Shown in pieces: positions 35,079-44,658 of a stretch of DNA of 64,000 bases. The stretch is from assembly GCA_035505475.1 (NCBI GenBank), contig DATJQT010000246.1, positions 1,632 to 65,631 on the forward strand. Direction: 5' to 3'. A model generated the notes under the pieces. That model searched no databases. It was not told the origin of the DNA and was given only the letters and a program-made list of their open reading frames with translations. This DNA is from Vulcanimicrobiaceae bacterium. GTDB taxonomy: Bacteria; Methylomirabilota; Methylomirabilia; Methylomirabilales; 2-02-FULL-66-22. The position numbers and the translations under genes were made by a program. The stretch's first letter is position 1, and each line of letters opens with the position of its first letter.

Positions 35079-36137
35079 TCAGAGCCCGTCGGGGGGCGCC
35101 GGCCCGCCTGCCTTCACGTCCCAGAGAAACGCCGGCGTCGACGACTCGGTGGGGGTGGGCGCGGCAGACGATTTTCGCGCCGACCCAAACCCATATTCCA
35201 GGAGGGTGGCCGCATCCGACCACCGCTGGGGATCGTTCAAGAGGACGGCGATCATGCGTTGGTTGCCCCGGCTCGCAGAGGCCACCAAGGTCTTGCCTGC
35301 CGATCCGGTGAAACCGGTCTTCACCCCATCGGCCCCCGCCACCATGTCAAGAAGCCGGTTATGACTGAGCACTAGGCGCGGTTGCGGGGTGAGCGCGCGT
35401 CGCCCGGAGGTCCAGATCGTCACGCGCGCTTCACGGGCGCGGACTAGGGCCGCGAAGGTGGGATTCTCGAGCGCCACCCGGGCGACGATCGCCATGTCGC
35501 GCGCCGTCGTATAGTGGAATGGATGGTCGAGGCCATGGGGATTGGCAAAGTGGCTGTTGGTCATCCCGAGGTCCTGGGCGGTCCGGTTCATGAGCGTCAC
35601 GAACCCGTCCAGGCTGCCCCCGACATGCTCTGCGGCCGCCACGGCGGCGTCGTTCGCCGAGCGGATCAAAATGGCCGCCAAAAGATCGTCGAGCCGAATC
35701 CGCTGCCCCGTCCGCAAGCCCAGCCGGAATCCACCCGTCTCTGCAGCGGTCCGGCTCACCACCACAGTATCGTCCAACTTACCGTTTTCCAATATAACCA
35801 ATGCCGTTAAAATTTTGGTGATGCTGGCCGGCGCCCGGATGGCGTCCGGATTGAGGGCGTACAAGACCTCGCCGCTGTTGCCGTCGATCAGGATGGCAGA
35901 GGCGGCCCGCACGGCGATGTCGTCGGCCGGGTCCGGAGCGGAGGCCAGCGAGGGCACACGCAGCGACTCTCTAGGTGGGGCGAAGCGAACCAGTTTCGTG
36001 TGGGTCCGCGCCGTCGCGCTCCGCCTGGCGCGCTGCCGCGTCTTCGCCGGCCCGTACTGGCTCCGGGCAGCAAATGCTTCGGCGCCGAGGCCAAGCACGA
36101 GGAGCCCGACGAGTGCCCAGCCGACCAATCGCCTCAC
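35079..36137 (-). CDS. D-alanyl-D-alanine carboxypeptidase (PBP5/6, S11 family)
   Basis: PASITKILT (SxxK), IRSANDAA (SxN), GVKTGFT (KTG), and an N-terminal signal/TM. GTG at 36137 has GAGGAGG 6 nt upstream. Confidence 0.85.
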   Translation of the reverse strand: MRRLVGWALVGLLVLGLGAEAFAARSQYGPAKTRQRARRSATARTHTKLVRFAPPRESLRVPSLASAPDPADDIAVRAASAILIDGNSGEVLYALNPDAIRAPASITKILTALVILENGKLDDTVVVSRTAAETGGFRLGLRTGQRIRLDDLLAAILIRSANDAAVAAAEHVGGSLDGFVTLMNRTAQDLGMTNSHFANPHGLDHPFHYTTARDMAIVARVALENPTFAALVRAREARVTIWTSGRRALTPQPRLVLSHNRLLDMVAGADGVKTGFTGSAGKTLVASASRGNQRMIAVLLNDPQRWSDAATLLEYGFGSARKSSAAPTPTESSTPAFLWDVKAGGPAPPDGL

Positions 36138-36150
36138 CGCCACCCTCCTC

Positions 36151-36768
36151 TCACCCCTTTTGCTCGCCGGTCCGGGCTGGCGCCTCACGGCTCGCCTGGC
36201 GAACGGCGAGCGAATCCTCGACCAGCGCACACAGGGCGTGCCCCAACGTGATGTGGGTCTCCTGGATGCGCGGCGTCTCCCCGCTAGGAACGATAAACGC
36301 CTGATCCACTGCGGAGGCGAGACGCCCGCCGGAACCGCCTGTCAGCGCCACTGTTGCGATCCCGACCTTGCGCGCGGTAGCCACCGCCGCGAGCAGATTC
36401 ATAGAGTTCCCACTCGTGCTGATGGCGACGAACAGATCACCCGGCCGACCGAGCGCCTCGATCTGCCGCGAAAACACCTGGTCGAATCCGAGGTCGTTGC
36501 CGATGCTGGTGAGCACCGACGTGTCGGTCGTCAGGGCAACGGCGGCCAGGGCCTGTCGGTCCCGTAGGAATCGATTCACGAACTCCGCCGCGAGGTGCTG
36601 CGCGTCGGCTGCGCTCCCCCCATTGCCGGCGAACAGAATCTTGCCCCCGGCTCGAAGAACGTCCGCCATCCGGCGAGCCAGATCCGCAACCCGTCCAGCC
36701 TGTTCCTGGGCGAATTGAAGCTTGACCGCCGCGCTGTCCTGAAACATCCCCCGGATTCGTGCTTCCAC
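36151..36768 (-). CDS. gmhA: SIS-domain phosphoheptose isomerase (GmhA/DiaA family)
   Basis: GGKILFAGNGGSAADAQHLAAEF, TSIGNDLGFDQVFSRQ, FVAISTSGNS, RIQETHI. Start ambiguous (GTG 36768 or ATG 36747). Confidence 0.8.
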   Translation of the reverse strand: MEARIRGMFQDSAAVKLQFAQEQAGRVADLARRMADVLRAGGKILFAGNGGSAADAQHLAAEFVNRFLRDRQALAAVALTTDTSVLTSIGNDLGFDQVFSRQIEALGRPGDLFVAISTSGNSMNLLAAVATARKVGIATVALTGGSGGRLASAVDQAFIVPSGETPRIQETHITLGHALCALVEDSLAVRQASREAPARTGEQKG

Positions 36769-36852
36769 CGTCCCTCCACCCCTGTTTTCGGCAGCGGAGC
36801 AGGGATCCACCACCCTAGAATCGAGTCCAAGAGATGCACTACTCTTTTTTTA

Positions 36853-36880
36853 ACTATAACGGTGAGCCAGGCGATGTCAA
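36853..36880 (-). promoter_or_regulatory. sigma70-type promoter upstream of gmhA-like gene
   Basis: Gene strand reads TTGACA (36880-36875), a 16-nt spacer, then TATAGT (36858-36853), in an AT-rich spacer downstream of recJ. Confidence 0.6.
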
Positions 36881-36976
36881 GGAAAAACCGATCGCAAAAC
36901 TAACACTTTGCCAATACTGGAAGGCACTTCGGAAAGGTAGCTCGAAAATGTGCGAGGTTATCCGAATAACAAAGCG

Positions 36977-38713
36977 CTATTCGGACACCGAGTGCAGGTC
37001 GCGAATCCGGAGTTGCAAGCTATCCCGGCCGTTCCAAGTGTTGCGTTCCGGCACATACGCCAGATCGATCCTCGGCGCCTGGGCGGCTTCCAGCCGTTCC
37101 GCGTACTCGCCCAGATTGAAGCCGATCGCATCGACCACCCGCCCGTCTCCGCCCGGCTCGCGCACCCGAATCTTCAGGTGGTTCCGACCGACCTTGCGGG
37201 GATAACGCATCACCTGGACATGGCGGGTGGCAAGGAGCGGCTCAGGATTTCCCAGGCCATGTGGAGAAAGCCGGGCGAGCCAGTCCACCAGCGAGAGGTC
37301 CAGCCGGTCCAACTCCACTTCGGCGTCGATGTCGAGGCTCGGCTCGAGCGCCTCATCGGCGATAGTCTCGGCCGCGACTTGCAAAAACCGGGTGCGAAAC
37401 GCGTCGATGCGATCGGCACCCAGAGAAAATCCACCAGCGGCCCGATGACCGCCGTGGTGCGTCAAGAGATCCGCGCAGCGCTGGAGCGCGTCCGCGACGT
37501 GGAACCCGCAGGCCGATCGGACCGAGCCCCGCGCTGCCGCTCCCATGGTGGCGATCAGGGCCGCGGGGCGATTGTAGCGTTCCACTAGCCGTGAGGCGAC
37601 GATCCCGAGCACTCCCGGATGCCACTCGGCCGATTGCACGACGATGGCCCGATCCCGGTCGAGATCGTGGGTCGCCTCCGCCTGCGCCAGGGCCGCCTCC
37701 AGGATCCCGGCTTCCAGCGCCTGGCGGTCACGGTTGTGTTTGTCGAGCTCCGCCGCCAATTCGCGGGCCTCGAAGGGATCCGGAGTGAGGAGCAGCCGCA
37801 CTGCTACCCGCGCATCCATCAAGCGGCCCGCCGCATTAATGCGGGGGGCGAGCCCGAACGCCACGCGGCCGGGCGTCGCACCGCCCGCCTCGGAGAGCCG
37901 GATGCCGGCCACTTCGGCCAGCGCGCGGAGTCCCGGGCGATCCGTGATGGCGAGCTGCGCCAACCCGTGCTTGACCAGAATGCGATTCTCCCCGACCAGC
38001 GGGACCAAATCGGCGATCGTGCCCAACGCCACCAGATCGAGGAGCGGCCAGCACTCGTCGCCCGCATCGGGTCCGTACAGCGCCTGGATCAACTTGAAAG
38101 CGATCCCCACCCCGCACAAATCTGGGAACGGGTATCCGCATCCGGGCTGCCGCGGGTTCAAGATGGCCATCGCGGGCGGCAGGGTGGGTGGTGGGAGGTG
38201 ATGATCGCAGATAATCAGGTCCAGACCGCGCTGGAGCGCGAGCGAGGCCGCCTCGTGCGCGGTGATCCCATGATCGACGGCCACCAGCACGCGAGCGCCG
38301 GCATCCGCCGCCTGTCCCACGATCTCGGCGGGCAGACCGTAGCCGTGCTCGTGCCGGGTCGGGACGGCGTAACTCACGTCCGCGCCAGCCCGGGTTAATC
38401 CGCTGACCAAGAGGGCCATCCCCGTGACACCGTCCACGTCGAAATCGCCGCACACCCAGATCGGCTCATGGCGGGAAATGGCGTGCTGGAGTCGGGCGAC
38501 CGCCTGGGACATGCCGGTCATCTGTAAGGGGTCGGGCAACGCGGCGAGCGAGGCATCCAGGAATAACCGGGCGGTGTCCGCGGTCGTGCAGCCGCGCCGG
38601 ATCAAGAGGTGGGCCAACAGGGAAGGAATAGCGAGGGCCTCGGCCAAAGCGGCTGTGCCGGCCGCATCCGTCTCGGCAATCCGCCAACGTCGTCCGATTT
38701 TGGCCTCGGCCAC
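36977..38713 (-). CDS. recJ: single-stranded-DNA-specific exonuclease RecJ
   Basis: VCGDFDVDGVTG, VAVDHGI, ICDHHLP (DHH), GGHRAAGG (DHHA1). Start taken at GTG 38713 (VAEAKIGRRWRI), 25 nt after the secF stop; the track start at 38758 overlaps secF. Confidence 0.9.
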   Translation of the reverse strand: MAEAKIGRRWRIAETDAAGTAALAEALAIPSLLAHLLIRRGCTTADTARLFLDASLAALPDPLQMTGMSQAVARLQHAISRHEPIWVCGDFDVDGVTGMALLVSGLTRAGADVSYAVPTRHEHGYGLPAEIVGQAADAGARVLVAVDHGITAHEAASLALQRGLDLIICDHHLPPPTLPPAMAILNPRQPGCGYPFPDLCGVGIAFKLIQALYGPDAGDECWPLLDLVALGTIADLVPLVGENRILVKHGLAQLAITDRPGLRALAEVAGIRLSEAGGATPGRVAFGLAPRINAAGRLMDARVAVRLLLTPDPFEARELAAELDKHNRDRQALEAGILEAALAQAEATHDLDRDRAIVVQSAEWHPGVLGIVASRLVERYNRPAALIATMGAAARGSVRSACGFHVADALQRCADLLTHHGGHRAAGGFSLGADRIDAFRTRFLQVAAETIADEALEPSLDIDAEVELDRLDLSLVDWLARLSPHGLGNPEPLLATRHVQVMRYPRKVGRNHLKIRVREPGGDGRVVDAIGFNLGEYAERLEAAQAPRIDLAYVPERNTWNGRDSLQLRIRDLHSVSE

Positions 38714-38738
38714 GCGTCCGTCCCTGGAAATGAAGCGA

Positions 38739-39653
38739 TCAGCGCGGGCGGCGAGCAATCTCCCGGCGGGCGCGCCACTCGTAGATCAGCGGCGAGGCCA
38801 CGAACCAGGAGGAGTAAGTGCCCACCACCACCCCGAGCAACAGGGCAAATCCGAAATCGTGCAGCACCTCGCCGCCGATCAGAAACAGCGCCAGGGCCGA
38901 CAACAACACCGTCAGCGATGTCATCGCCGTCCGGCTCAGCACCTGGTTGATGCTGGCATTGATCGTCTCCCCGAGCCCCTGCTTGCGCCGGCTGCGCAGG
39001 TTTTCGCGGATCCGGTCATACACCACAACGGTATCGGTGAGGGAATATCCGGCAATCGTGAGCAGGGCCGTGACGATCAGCAACGTGATCTCTTTTTGCA
39101 GCAGGAACACGATGCCGAGCACCGCCAAGACGTCATGGAACGTCGCAATCGTGGCTGCCACGCCGAAGTCGAACTGGAACCGCCAGGCGATGTAGATGAC
39201 GATGCCCGCCAGGGACATCACGATCGCGATCAGCGCTTTGTGCTGCAGGTCCTTCCCGATCGCCGGGCCGACTTCGCTCGAGGCCTCGACCGAATACGGA
39301 TTGTCGGCGATCTCTTTCTTGAGCGCGGCCTGCACCTGCTGCGTGAGGCTCGCTTCCGTGCTACTGGTCCGCTTCAGCCGAATCAGGACCGTGCGCCCGT
39401 CCGCAAACTGCTGCGGTTCGCTGTCCTTGATGCCGTTCTTGCCGAGCGCGTCGCGCACGGCACCGAGATCCACCGGCTTCTGGAATTTGACCTGAATCGA
39501 GGTGCCACCCGCGAAATCGATGCCCATGTTGGCGGCCCCGCGCGAAATCTGCACCAGGGCCAGAATCCCCGAGAAGACCAACACGCCGGAAATCAAATAG
39601 GCGATATGCCGCTTTCCGATGAAATCGAAATTCGTCTTGCCGAGAATTTCCAC
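38739..39653 (-). CDS. secF: protein translocase subunit SecF
   Basis: FDFIGKRHIAYLISGVLV, GIDFAGGT, and six hydrophobic spans. It lies downstream of secD. Confidence 0.92.
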   Translation of the reverse strand: MEILGKTNFDFIGKRHIAYLISGVLVFSGILALVQISRGAANMGIDFAGGTSIQVKFQKPVDLGAVRDALGKNGIKDSEPQQFADGRTVLIRLKRTSSTEASLTQQVQAALKKEIADNPYSVEASSEVGPAIGKDLQHKALIAIVMSLAGIVIYIAWRFQFDFGVAATIATFHDVLAVLGIVFLLQKEITLLIVTALLTIAGYSLTDTVVVYDRIRENLRSRRKQGLGETINASINQVLSRTAMTSLTVLLSALALFLIGGEVLHDFGFALLLGVVVGTYSSWFVASPLIYEWRARREIARRPR

Positions 39654-39699
39654 CGCTGCTCCATCCCGCCGGATCGCACCGGCGGATTCGCGTGCTCCG

Positions 39700-41298
39700 T
39701 CAGATACTGAGCGCCTTAAGCTCGCGCCGGGTCATCCAGTCGTAGACGACGCGCGTGCCGACCAACGCCGTGAACAGGTTGATGAGGACCCCCAGACTCA
39801 GCGTCACTGCAAACCCCTTGATCGGGCCTGTCCCGAACAGGAACAGCGCCACGGCCGTGATCAACGTGGTCACGTGGGAGTCCACGATGGTGACGAACGC
39901 CTTGTCGTAGCCGCCGTCAATGGCGGAGCGGACTGTTTTGCCCAGCTTCAGCTCCTCGCGGATGCGCTCCAGGATCAGCACGTTACTGTCCACGGCCATT
40001 CCGATGCCCAAGGCAACGCCCGCGATACCGGGCAGGGTCAGTGTGGCCCGCAGCACCGCCAAGAGCCCAATTAGCATGACGGTGTTCAGAGCCAAAGCGG
40101 CATCGGCAATGACACCCGACAGCTTGTAATAGAAGGCCATCAAGAGCACGACGAGCACGGCGGCCACCAGGGCGGCCCGGATGCCGTCCCGGATCGAGTC
40201 CTGGCCGAGCGACGGCCCGATCGTCAGATTGGCGATGATCTTCACCGGGGCCGGCAGGGCGCCGGCGCGCAACACGATCGCCAGGTCGCGTGCGGTATCG
40301 GGCGTGAACCCGCCCTCGATCTGCCCGCGGCCTTCGCCGATCTTGGAGCGGATGACCGGCGCACTATAGACCGAGTCGTCCAGCACGATCGCCAGTTGCT
40401 TGCCGATGTTTGCGGCCGTGAAGTCCCCGAATATCCGCGCGCCCTGGCTGTCCAGGGTAAAGGCGACCACCCAGCCCCCCTGATCGTCGGGGCGCACCTC
40501 GGCCCCGGTCAAGTCGGCGCCGGTTATGACGGGGCGCTTCTGGACGACGATCGGGCGCTTCCCGATCACCTGCCGCTTGTCGTTCAGCTCCCGCGTATAG
40601 AGGAGTTGAAGGTCATCAGGCAGCTTGATTTTTTCCGCGGCCGCCTCTTCCGGATTCACGGATGTATCCACGGCTTTTAGTTCCAAGAGCGCCGTCTTGC
40701 CAATCAGGTTGATGGCCCGCTCGGGATCCCGAATGCCGGGTAGTTGCACGACGATGCGGCGGTCGCCCTCGGGGACGATGTGCGGCTCGGTCACGCCGAA
40801 CTGGTCCACGCGATTCCGAATCGTCTCAAGGCTCTGCCGCACGGCGAGCTCTTGAATGCGGGTCACCTCGCGGGGCTGCAGTGTAAGCCGCAATTCGGCT
40901 GGGGTGGCGCCCGGGACCTTGTCCAGCGTGGGGATATCCCCCAGCGCGCGGACGGCTTTGTCCCGCTCGTCCGGCTTGCTCAGCGTCAGCAAAAGGGATG
41001 TGGTGCCCTCGCGGGTGAGCGAGGCGATCCCGATGTTCTCCTTCCCCAGCAGCCGCTGGACCTCTTCGCGCATGCGCTCGGTGGTGTTCTCGACCGCCTT
41101 TTCCGCCTGCACCTCGAGGACCAGATGCATGCCGCCCTGTAGGTCGAGGCCGAGATTCATCTTCTCGGCCCGCGGCAGAAACCCGGGCAGGAGCGACGGC
41201 AGGCTTTCGACGGGCGTTATGCTCGGCACCAGGTAATAGCCGGTGAACGCCGTGGCCAACAACAGTAAGATGATGCGTCCTTGGATCCGTTTCCGCAC
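39700..41298 (-). CDS. secD: protein translocase subunit SecD
   Basis: LGLDLQGGMHLVLEV, a periplasmic domain and a C-terminal TM bundle (GPSLGQDSI...). Start taken at GTG 41298 with GGAGG 7 nt upstream. Confidence 0.92.
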   Translation of the reverse strand: MRKRIQGRIILLLLATAFTGYYLVPSITPVESLPSLLPGFLPRAEKMNLGLDLQGGMHLVLEVQAEKAVENTTERMREEVQRLLGKENIGIASLTREGTTSLLLTLSKPDERDKAVRALGDIPTLDKVPGATPAELRLTLQPREVTRIQELAVRQSLETIRNRVDQFGVTEPHIVPEGDRRIVVQLPGIRDPERAINLIGKTALLELKAVDTSVNPEEAAAEKIKLPDDLQLLYTRELNDKRQVIGKRPIVVQKRPVITGADLTGAEVRPDDQGGWVVAFTLDSQGARIFGDFTAANIGKQLAIVLDDSVYSAPVIRSKIGEGRGQIEGGFTPDTARDLAIVLRAGALPAPVKIIANLTIGPSLGQDSIRDGIRAALVAAVLVVLLMAFYYKLSGVIADAALALNTVMLIGLLAVLRATLTLPGIAGVALGIGMAVDSNVLILERIREELKLGKTVRSAIDGGYDKAFVTIVDSHVTTLITAVALFLFGTGPIKGFAVTLSLGVLINLFTALVGTRVVYDWMTRRELKALSI

Positions 41299-41391
41299 TG
41301 CGCCGCCTCCAAACAACAGACGGGCTGAGTCGGGTCGTGCGCCCGCTCAGCCCGAGCAACCGTCCCGCAACTGGAGCAAAACTGCCGGCGC

Positions 41392-41420
41392 ACTATACTC
41401 AGCCTCTCCCAAAATTGCAA
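41392..41420 (-). promoter_or_regulatory. sigma70-type promoter upstream of secD
   Basis: Gene strand reads TTGCAA (41420-41415), a 17-nt spacer, then TATAGT (41397-41392). A GGGCTGAG/CTCAGCCC hairpin (41322-41353) lies in the leader. Confidence 0.6.
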
Positions 41421-41461
41421 TCCCTTTCCGGGAAATGAATGAGGGGTCGGACCGCGACGGG

Positions 41462-42955
41462 TCAGGCAAGGACCCGAATATGCGATCCGGCGCTGCCGTC
41501 GTCCGACCCGTTCCCCGAGGCCACTACGCCGTCCACCCGGGCGCCGCGCGCGCCCATCGAGAGTAGGTACTGCAACGCAGGGGGCGAGATCACCTCGCCC
41601 GGGACGAGGATGGGAATGCCCGGGGGGTAGATGGTCACGATATCGGCACTGACCCGGCCGGCGGCATCCGCCAGTGGCACGAAGACGTGCGGGGCAAAGT
41701 AGGCCTCCCGCGGCGTGCAGGCCTGGGCGGCCGACTCCACCGGTGGGATGGGCGGAATCTCCGGGAGGCCGCTCGCCGGACGGGGGCGGCGGGTGAGCTG
41801 CATGAGCCCGTTCACTAGGCGCTCCAGATCGTCTTTGCGGTCTCCGATGCTGACGATCACCAGCACGTTGAACAGGTCGGCCATTTCGACCTGGATGCCG
41901 AACTCTGTATTCAGCAATGCCGATGCCGCGTACCCGGTCAAACCCAGCCCCTTGACGGAAATCGTGAGCTTCGTCACATCCAGGCGGAAGTCGCCCCAGC
42001 CTTCGACCTGCTTGAGGCCGAAGCAGCGCAGCCCGTCGATCCGGTTGATGCGCTCGCGGGCTTCTTCGGCCAAGGCGATTGCCTTACTGAGGAGCTTCCG
42101 CCCCTCTGTTGCCATCTGCATCCGCGCGAGGTCAAGCGAGGCCATCAGGATGTAGGAGGGGCTGGTGCTCTGCAACATCTGGAGCGCGCCAGTCACACGG
42201 GCGGCCTCCACCCGCTCCCCTTTCAGGTGGAGCATGGAGGCCTGCGTCATGCCCCCGACAATCTTATGCGTGCTCTGCACCGTGAGGTCGGCGCCGGCGT
42301 CGACCGCGGACGGCGGGAGGGCCGGATGAAAATGCAAGTGGGGCCCGTGCGCTTCATCAACCAGCAGGATCTTGCCCGTCTCCCGGGCGGCCGCCACGAT
42401 GGCCGGGATATCCGCCGCGATCCCGTAATAGTTCGGGCTCGTCACCGCGGCCACGCGTGCCCGCGGGTGGGCCTGCATGGCCGTGCGCACGGCCGCCGCG
42501 CCGACGTTGACGGCAATTGCGTATTCGGGGTCATAGGTGGGCAGCACGAACCGCGGCGTGGCGCCGCTCAGGATGATGCCGGCCAGAATGGATTTGTGCG
42601 CATTGCGCGCCACGAGGACTTCGTCGCCAGGCCGCACCGTCGAGACGATCATGGCGTGGTTGCCGACCGTCGTCCCATTCACCAAAAAGTATGAGCGGTC
42701 CGCGCCGTGCGCCTCGGCTGCCAACTCCTGCGCTTCCTTGATCACGCCAACCGGCTTTTGCAGGCAGTCCACCTCGTCCAGCGTGGTGAGATCGATGGTG
42801 AAAATCTTGCTGCCCACGAACTTGCGAAAGCGCGTGGAAATGCCTTTGCCGCTCTTGTGGCCAGGCGTATGGAACGAGACCTTACGGGCCTCTGCCAGCG
42901 CCACCATGGCATCGAAGAGCGGCGTGCGGGCTTGGCGGGCGTCGATTGCAGCCAC
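41462..42955 (-). CDS. Orn/Lys/Arg decarboxylase family PLP enzyme (Bacillus SpeA-type)
   Basis: SFHTPGHKSGKG, FLVNGTTVGNHAMI, TVQSTHKIVGGMTQAS (PLP-Lys), 497 aa, adjacent to speE. Substrate (Arg, Lys or Orn) not resolvable by eye. Confidence 0.8.
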   Translation of the reverse strand: MAAIDARQARTPLFDAMVALAEARKVSFHTPGHKSGKGISTRFRKFVGSKIFTIDLTTLDEVDCLQKPVGVIKEAQELAAEAHGADRSYFLVNGTTVGNHAMIVSTVRPGDEVLVARNAHKSILAGIILSGATPRFVLPTYDPEYAIAVNVGAAAVRTAMQAHPRARVAAVTSPNYYGIAADIPAIVAAARETGKILLVDEAHGPHLHFHPALPPSAVDAGADLTVQSTHKIVGGMTQASMLHLKGERVEAARVTGALQMLQSTSPSYILMASLDLARMQMATEGRKLLSKAIALAEEARERINRIDGLRCFGLKQVEGWGDFRLDVTKLTISVKGLGLTGYAASALLNTEFGIQVEMADLFNVLVIVSIGDRKDDLERLVNGLMQLTRRPRPASGLPEIPPIPPVESAAQACTPREAYFAPHVFVPLADAAGRVSADIVTIYPPGIPILVPGEVISPPALQYLLSMGARGARVDGVVASGNGSDDGSAGSHIRVLA

Positions 42956-42964
42956 GTGTCCCCC

Positions 42965-43882
42965 CTATTTGAAGGCGAACAGGGGATGGTTGTCTTCGAT
43001 AATCCGCTCTTCCGCCGCGAGCTGCGTACGCACATGCTTCGGCAGGCGAAAACTCATCGCATGGGTCTGGCCGTCATAGTACTTGAGCGACCCCTGCATG
43101 CGCGTCTGGATGCGGCGATCGATCTCGGCGGCGTCGAGGGCGGCCGGGTGCTCGCCCTTGCCGGCGAACAGGAACCCCCACGGGCGCCCGAACGAGGGAA
43201 TATCGGCAAAATACGGGGCCACCACCGGGAAGACGCTCCGCAAGGTGGCGTGGACGGTGGCAAAGCACTCAAGATCGATGAGGCTGATCGTCCCGGCCTG
43301 CACGGCGAGCACGCCCTTCTCGGTCAGCCGGTCGAACGCAATCTTATAGAACTCCTGGGTAAACAAGAGGTACGCGGGACCCTCCTCGATCGGCTCGGAG
43401 ATGTCGATGATGATGGCATCGAAGGTCTGATCCGACGACTCGAGAAACGCGCGTGCGTCCATGAACTGGACCTGGACCCTGGGGTCCTCGTACGCGCCCG
43501 CACTCATCTCGGGCAGATGGCGGCGGCAAAACGCCACGACTTCGCTGTCGATATCCACCAACAGCACCTGCTCGATGCTCTTGTGCTTGAGGATCTCCCG
43601 CACGGGCGCCCCTTCGCCGCCCCCGACAACGAACACCCGGCGCGGCGCCGGATGACAGAGCAGCGCGGGATGGATGATACTCTCGTGGTAGATGAACTCA
43701 TCGCGAATCGTGGACTGCACCTTCCCGTCCAGGATCAGCGCCTTGCCATAGCTCCCCAGCTCGACGATTTCGATAGTTTGATACGGCGACCGCGTGGTCG
43801 CAATCACCCCGGTGACCCCGTGGACATGCCCTTCGTGCGGGCTGAAGGATTCGATCAGCCATTGATGATCCTGGATCGGCAT
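42965..43882 (-). CDS. speE: polyamine aminopropyltransferase (spermidine synthase)
   Basis: YQTIEIVE, LILDGKVQST..DEFIYHE, VFVVGGGEGAPVRE, LVDIDSEVV, IIIDISEP. Confidence 0.88.
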   Translation of the reverse strand: MPIQDHQWLIESFSPHEGHVHGVTGVIATTRSPYQTIEIVELGSYGKALILDGKVQSTIRDEFIYHESIIHPALLCHPAPRRVFVVGGGEGAPVREILKHKSIEQVLLVDIDSEVVAFCRRHLPEMSAGAYEDPRVQVQFMDARAFLESSDQTFDAIIIDISEPIEEGPAYLLFTQEFYKIAFDRLTEKGVLAVQAGTISLIDLECFATVHATLRSVFPVVAPYFADIPSFGRPWGFLFAGKGEHPAALDAAEIDRRIQTRMQGSLKYYDGQTHAMSFRLPKHVRTQLAAEERIIEDNHPLFAFK

Positions 43883-44018
43883 GGGCGGTCCTTTCGGCGG
43901 GCGGTTTCGGCCGCGACGTGCGTCGAACAGCCCGGTCAGCGTATACCGCCGTCCTGCGTGCAGAAGGACTGGCGGCGACTCGCGTTAAGCGAACAGACAA
44001 GCGAGCCGAACTGGACAA

Positions 44019-44056
44019 TAAAAAAAGGGCACCTCGCACACAGCGGCAAGGTGCCC
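44019..44056 (-). terminator. strong intrinsic terminator immediately after speH
   Basis: - strand: GGGCACCU (44056-44049), a 14-nt loop, AGGUGCCC (44034-44027), then U7 (44026-44020). Confidence 0.8.
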
Positions 44057-44071
44057 TCGCTGTAGACAGCC

Positions 44072-44512
44072 TTAGTGGACCAGGGACAATTCTTGAGTGG
44101 CATCGGCGACGGCCTCGCCGAGCTTGGCACTCGTCACCTTGTGCGGCAGCTTGCCGACAACGCCGGGAATCAGGCCGCGCTTCATCTCCACCACCGAGGG
44201 CCCCTTGCACCGGAACCGGCTGGCGATGTAGTCCACCGCCCGCTCCGGCTTGATCACGTCCCCGCAGGTAAAGATGTCAACCGCAGCGTACCGGTACTCT
44301 GGCCAGGTGTGAATCGACAGGTGAGATTCCGCGATCACCACGACCCCGCTCACGCCGAAGGGATTGAACTCGTGAAAAGCCACGTCCACAATTGTCGCCC
44401 CGCAGGCGCGGGCGGCACCCACCAAAATATCCTTGACCACATCCACTTTCTTCAACGAATCTGGGTGACAACCGTGGAGTTCGACGAGCAGGTGTCTACC
44501 CAAAGCGTGCAA
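44072..44512 (-). CDS. speH: S-adenosylmethionine decarboxylase proenzyme (small bacterial type)
   Basis: LGRHLLVELHGC, and GVSGVVVIAESHLSIHTWPEYRYAAVDIFTCG, which carries the ES self-cleavage site. TTG start with GGGGG upstream. Confidence 0.88.
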   Translation of the reverse strand: MHALGRHLLVELHGCHPDSLKKVDVVKDILVGAARACGATIVDVAFHEFNPFGVSGVVVIAESHLSIHTWPEYRYAAVDIFTCGDVIKPERAVDYIASRFRCKGPSVVEMKRGLIPGVVGKLPHKVTSAKLGEAVADATQELSLVH

Positions 44513-44583
44513 CTCTCTACCCCCTTTCGCCCGGCCACCGCCCCAGCGCGTCGCCCGCGGCCCGGTGAAATTTTTGTTTGTTG

Positions 44584-44611
44584 CTTATAGTGCATTTCCC
44601 CTCGAATGCAA
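44584..44611 (-). promoter_or_regulatory. sigma70-type promoter upstream of speH
   Basis: Gene strand reads TTGCAT (44611-44606), a 16-nt spacer, then TATAAG (44589-44584). It lies directly downstream of the 44612-44658 terminator. Confidence 0.55.
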
Positions 44612-44658
44612 GAAAAAAATGGGCCGCTGCCCCAATTTTTTCGGGGGCGTCGGCCCAT
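44612..44658 (-). terminator. strong intrinsic terminator about 270 nt downstream of the VOC gene
   Basis: - strand: AUGGGCCG-AC-GCCCC ... GGGGC-AG-CGGCCCAU (8+5 bp stem), followed by U7CU. Confidence 0.8.
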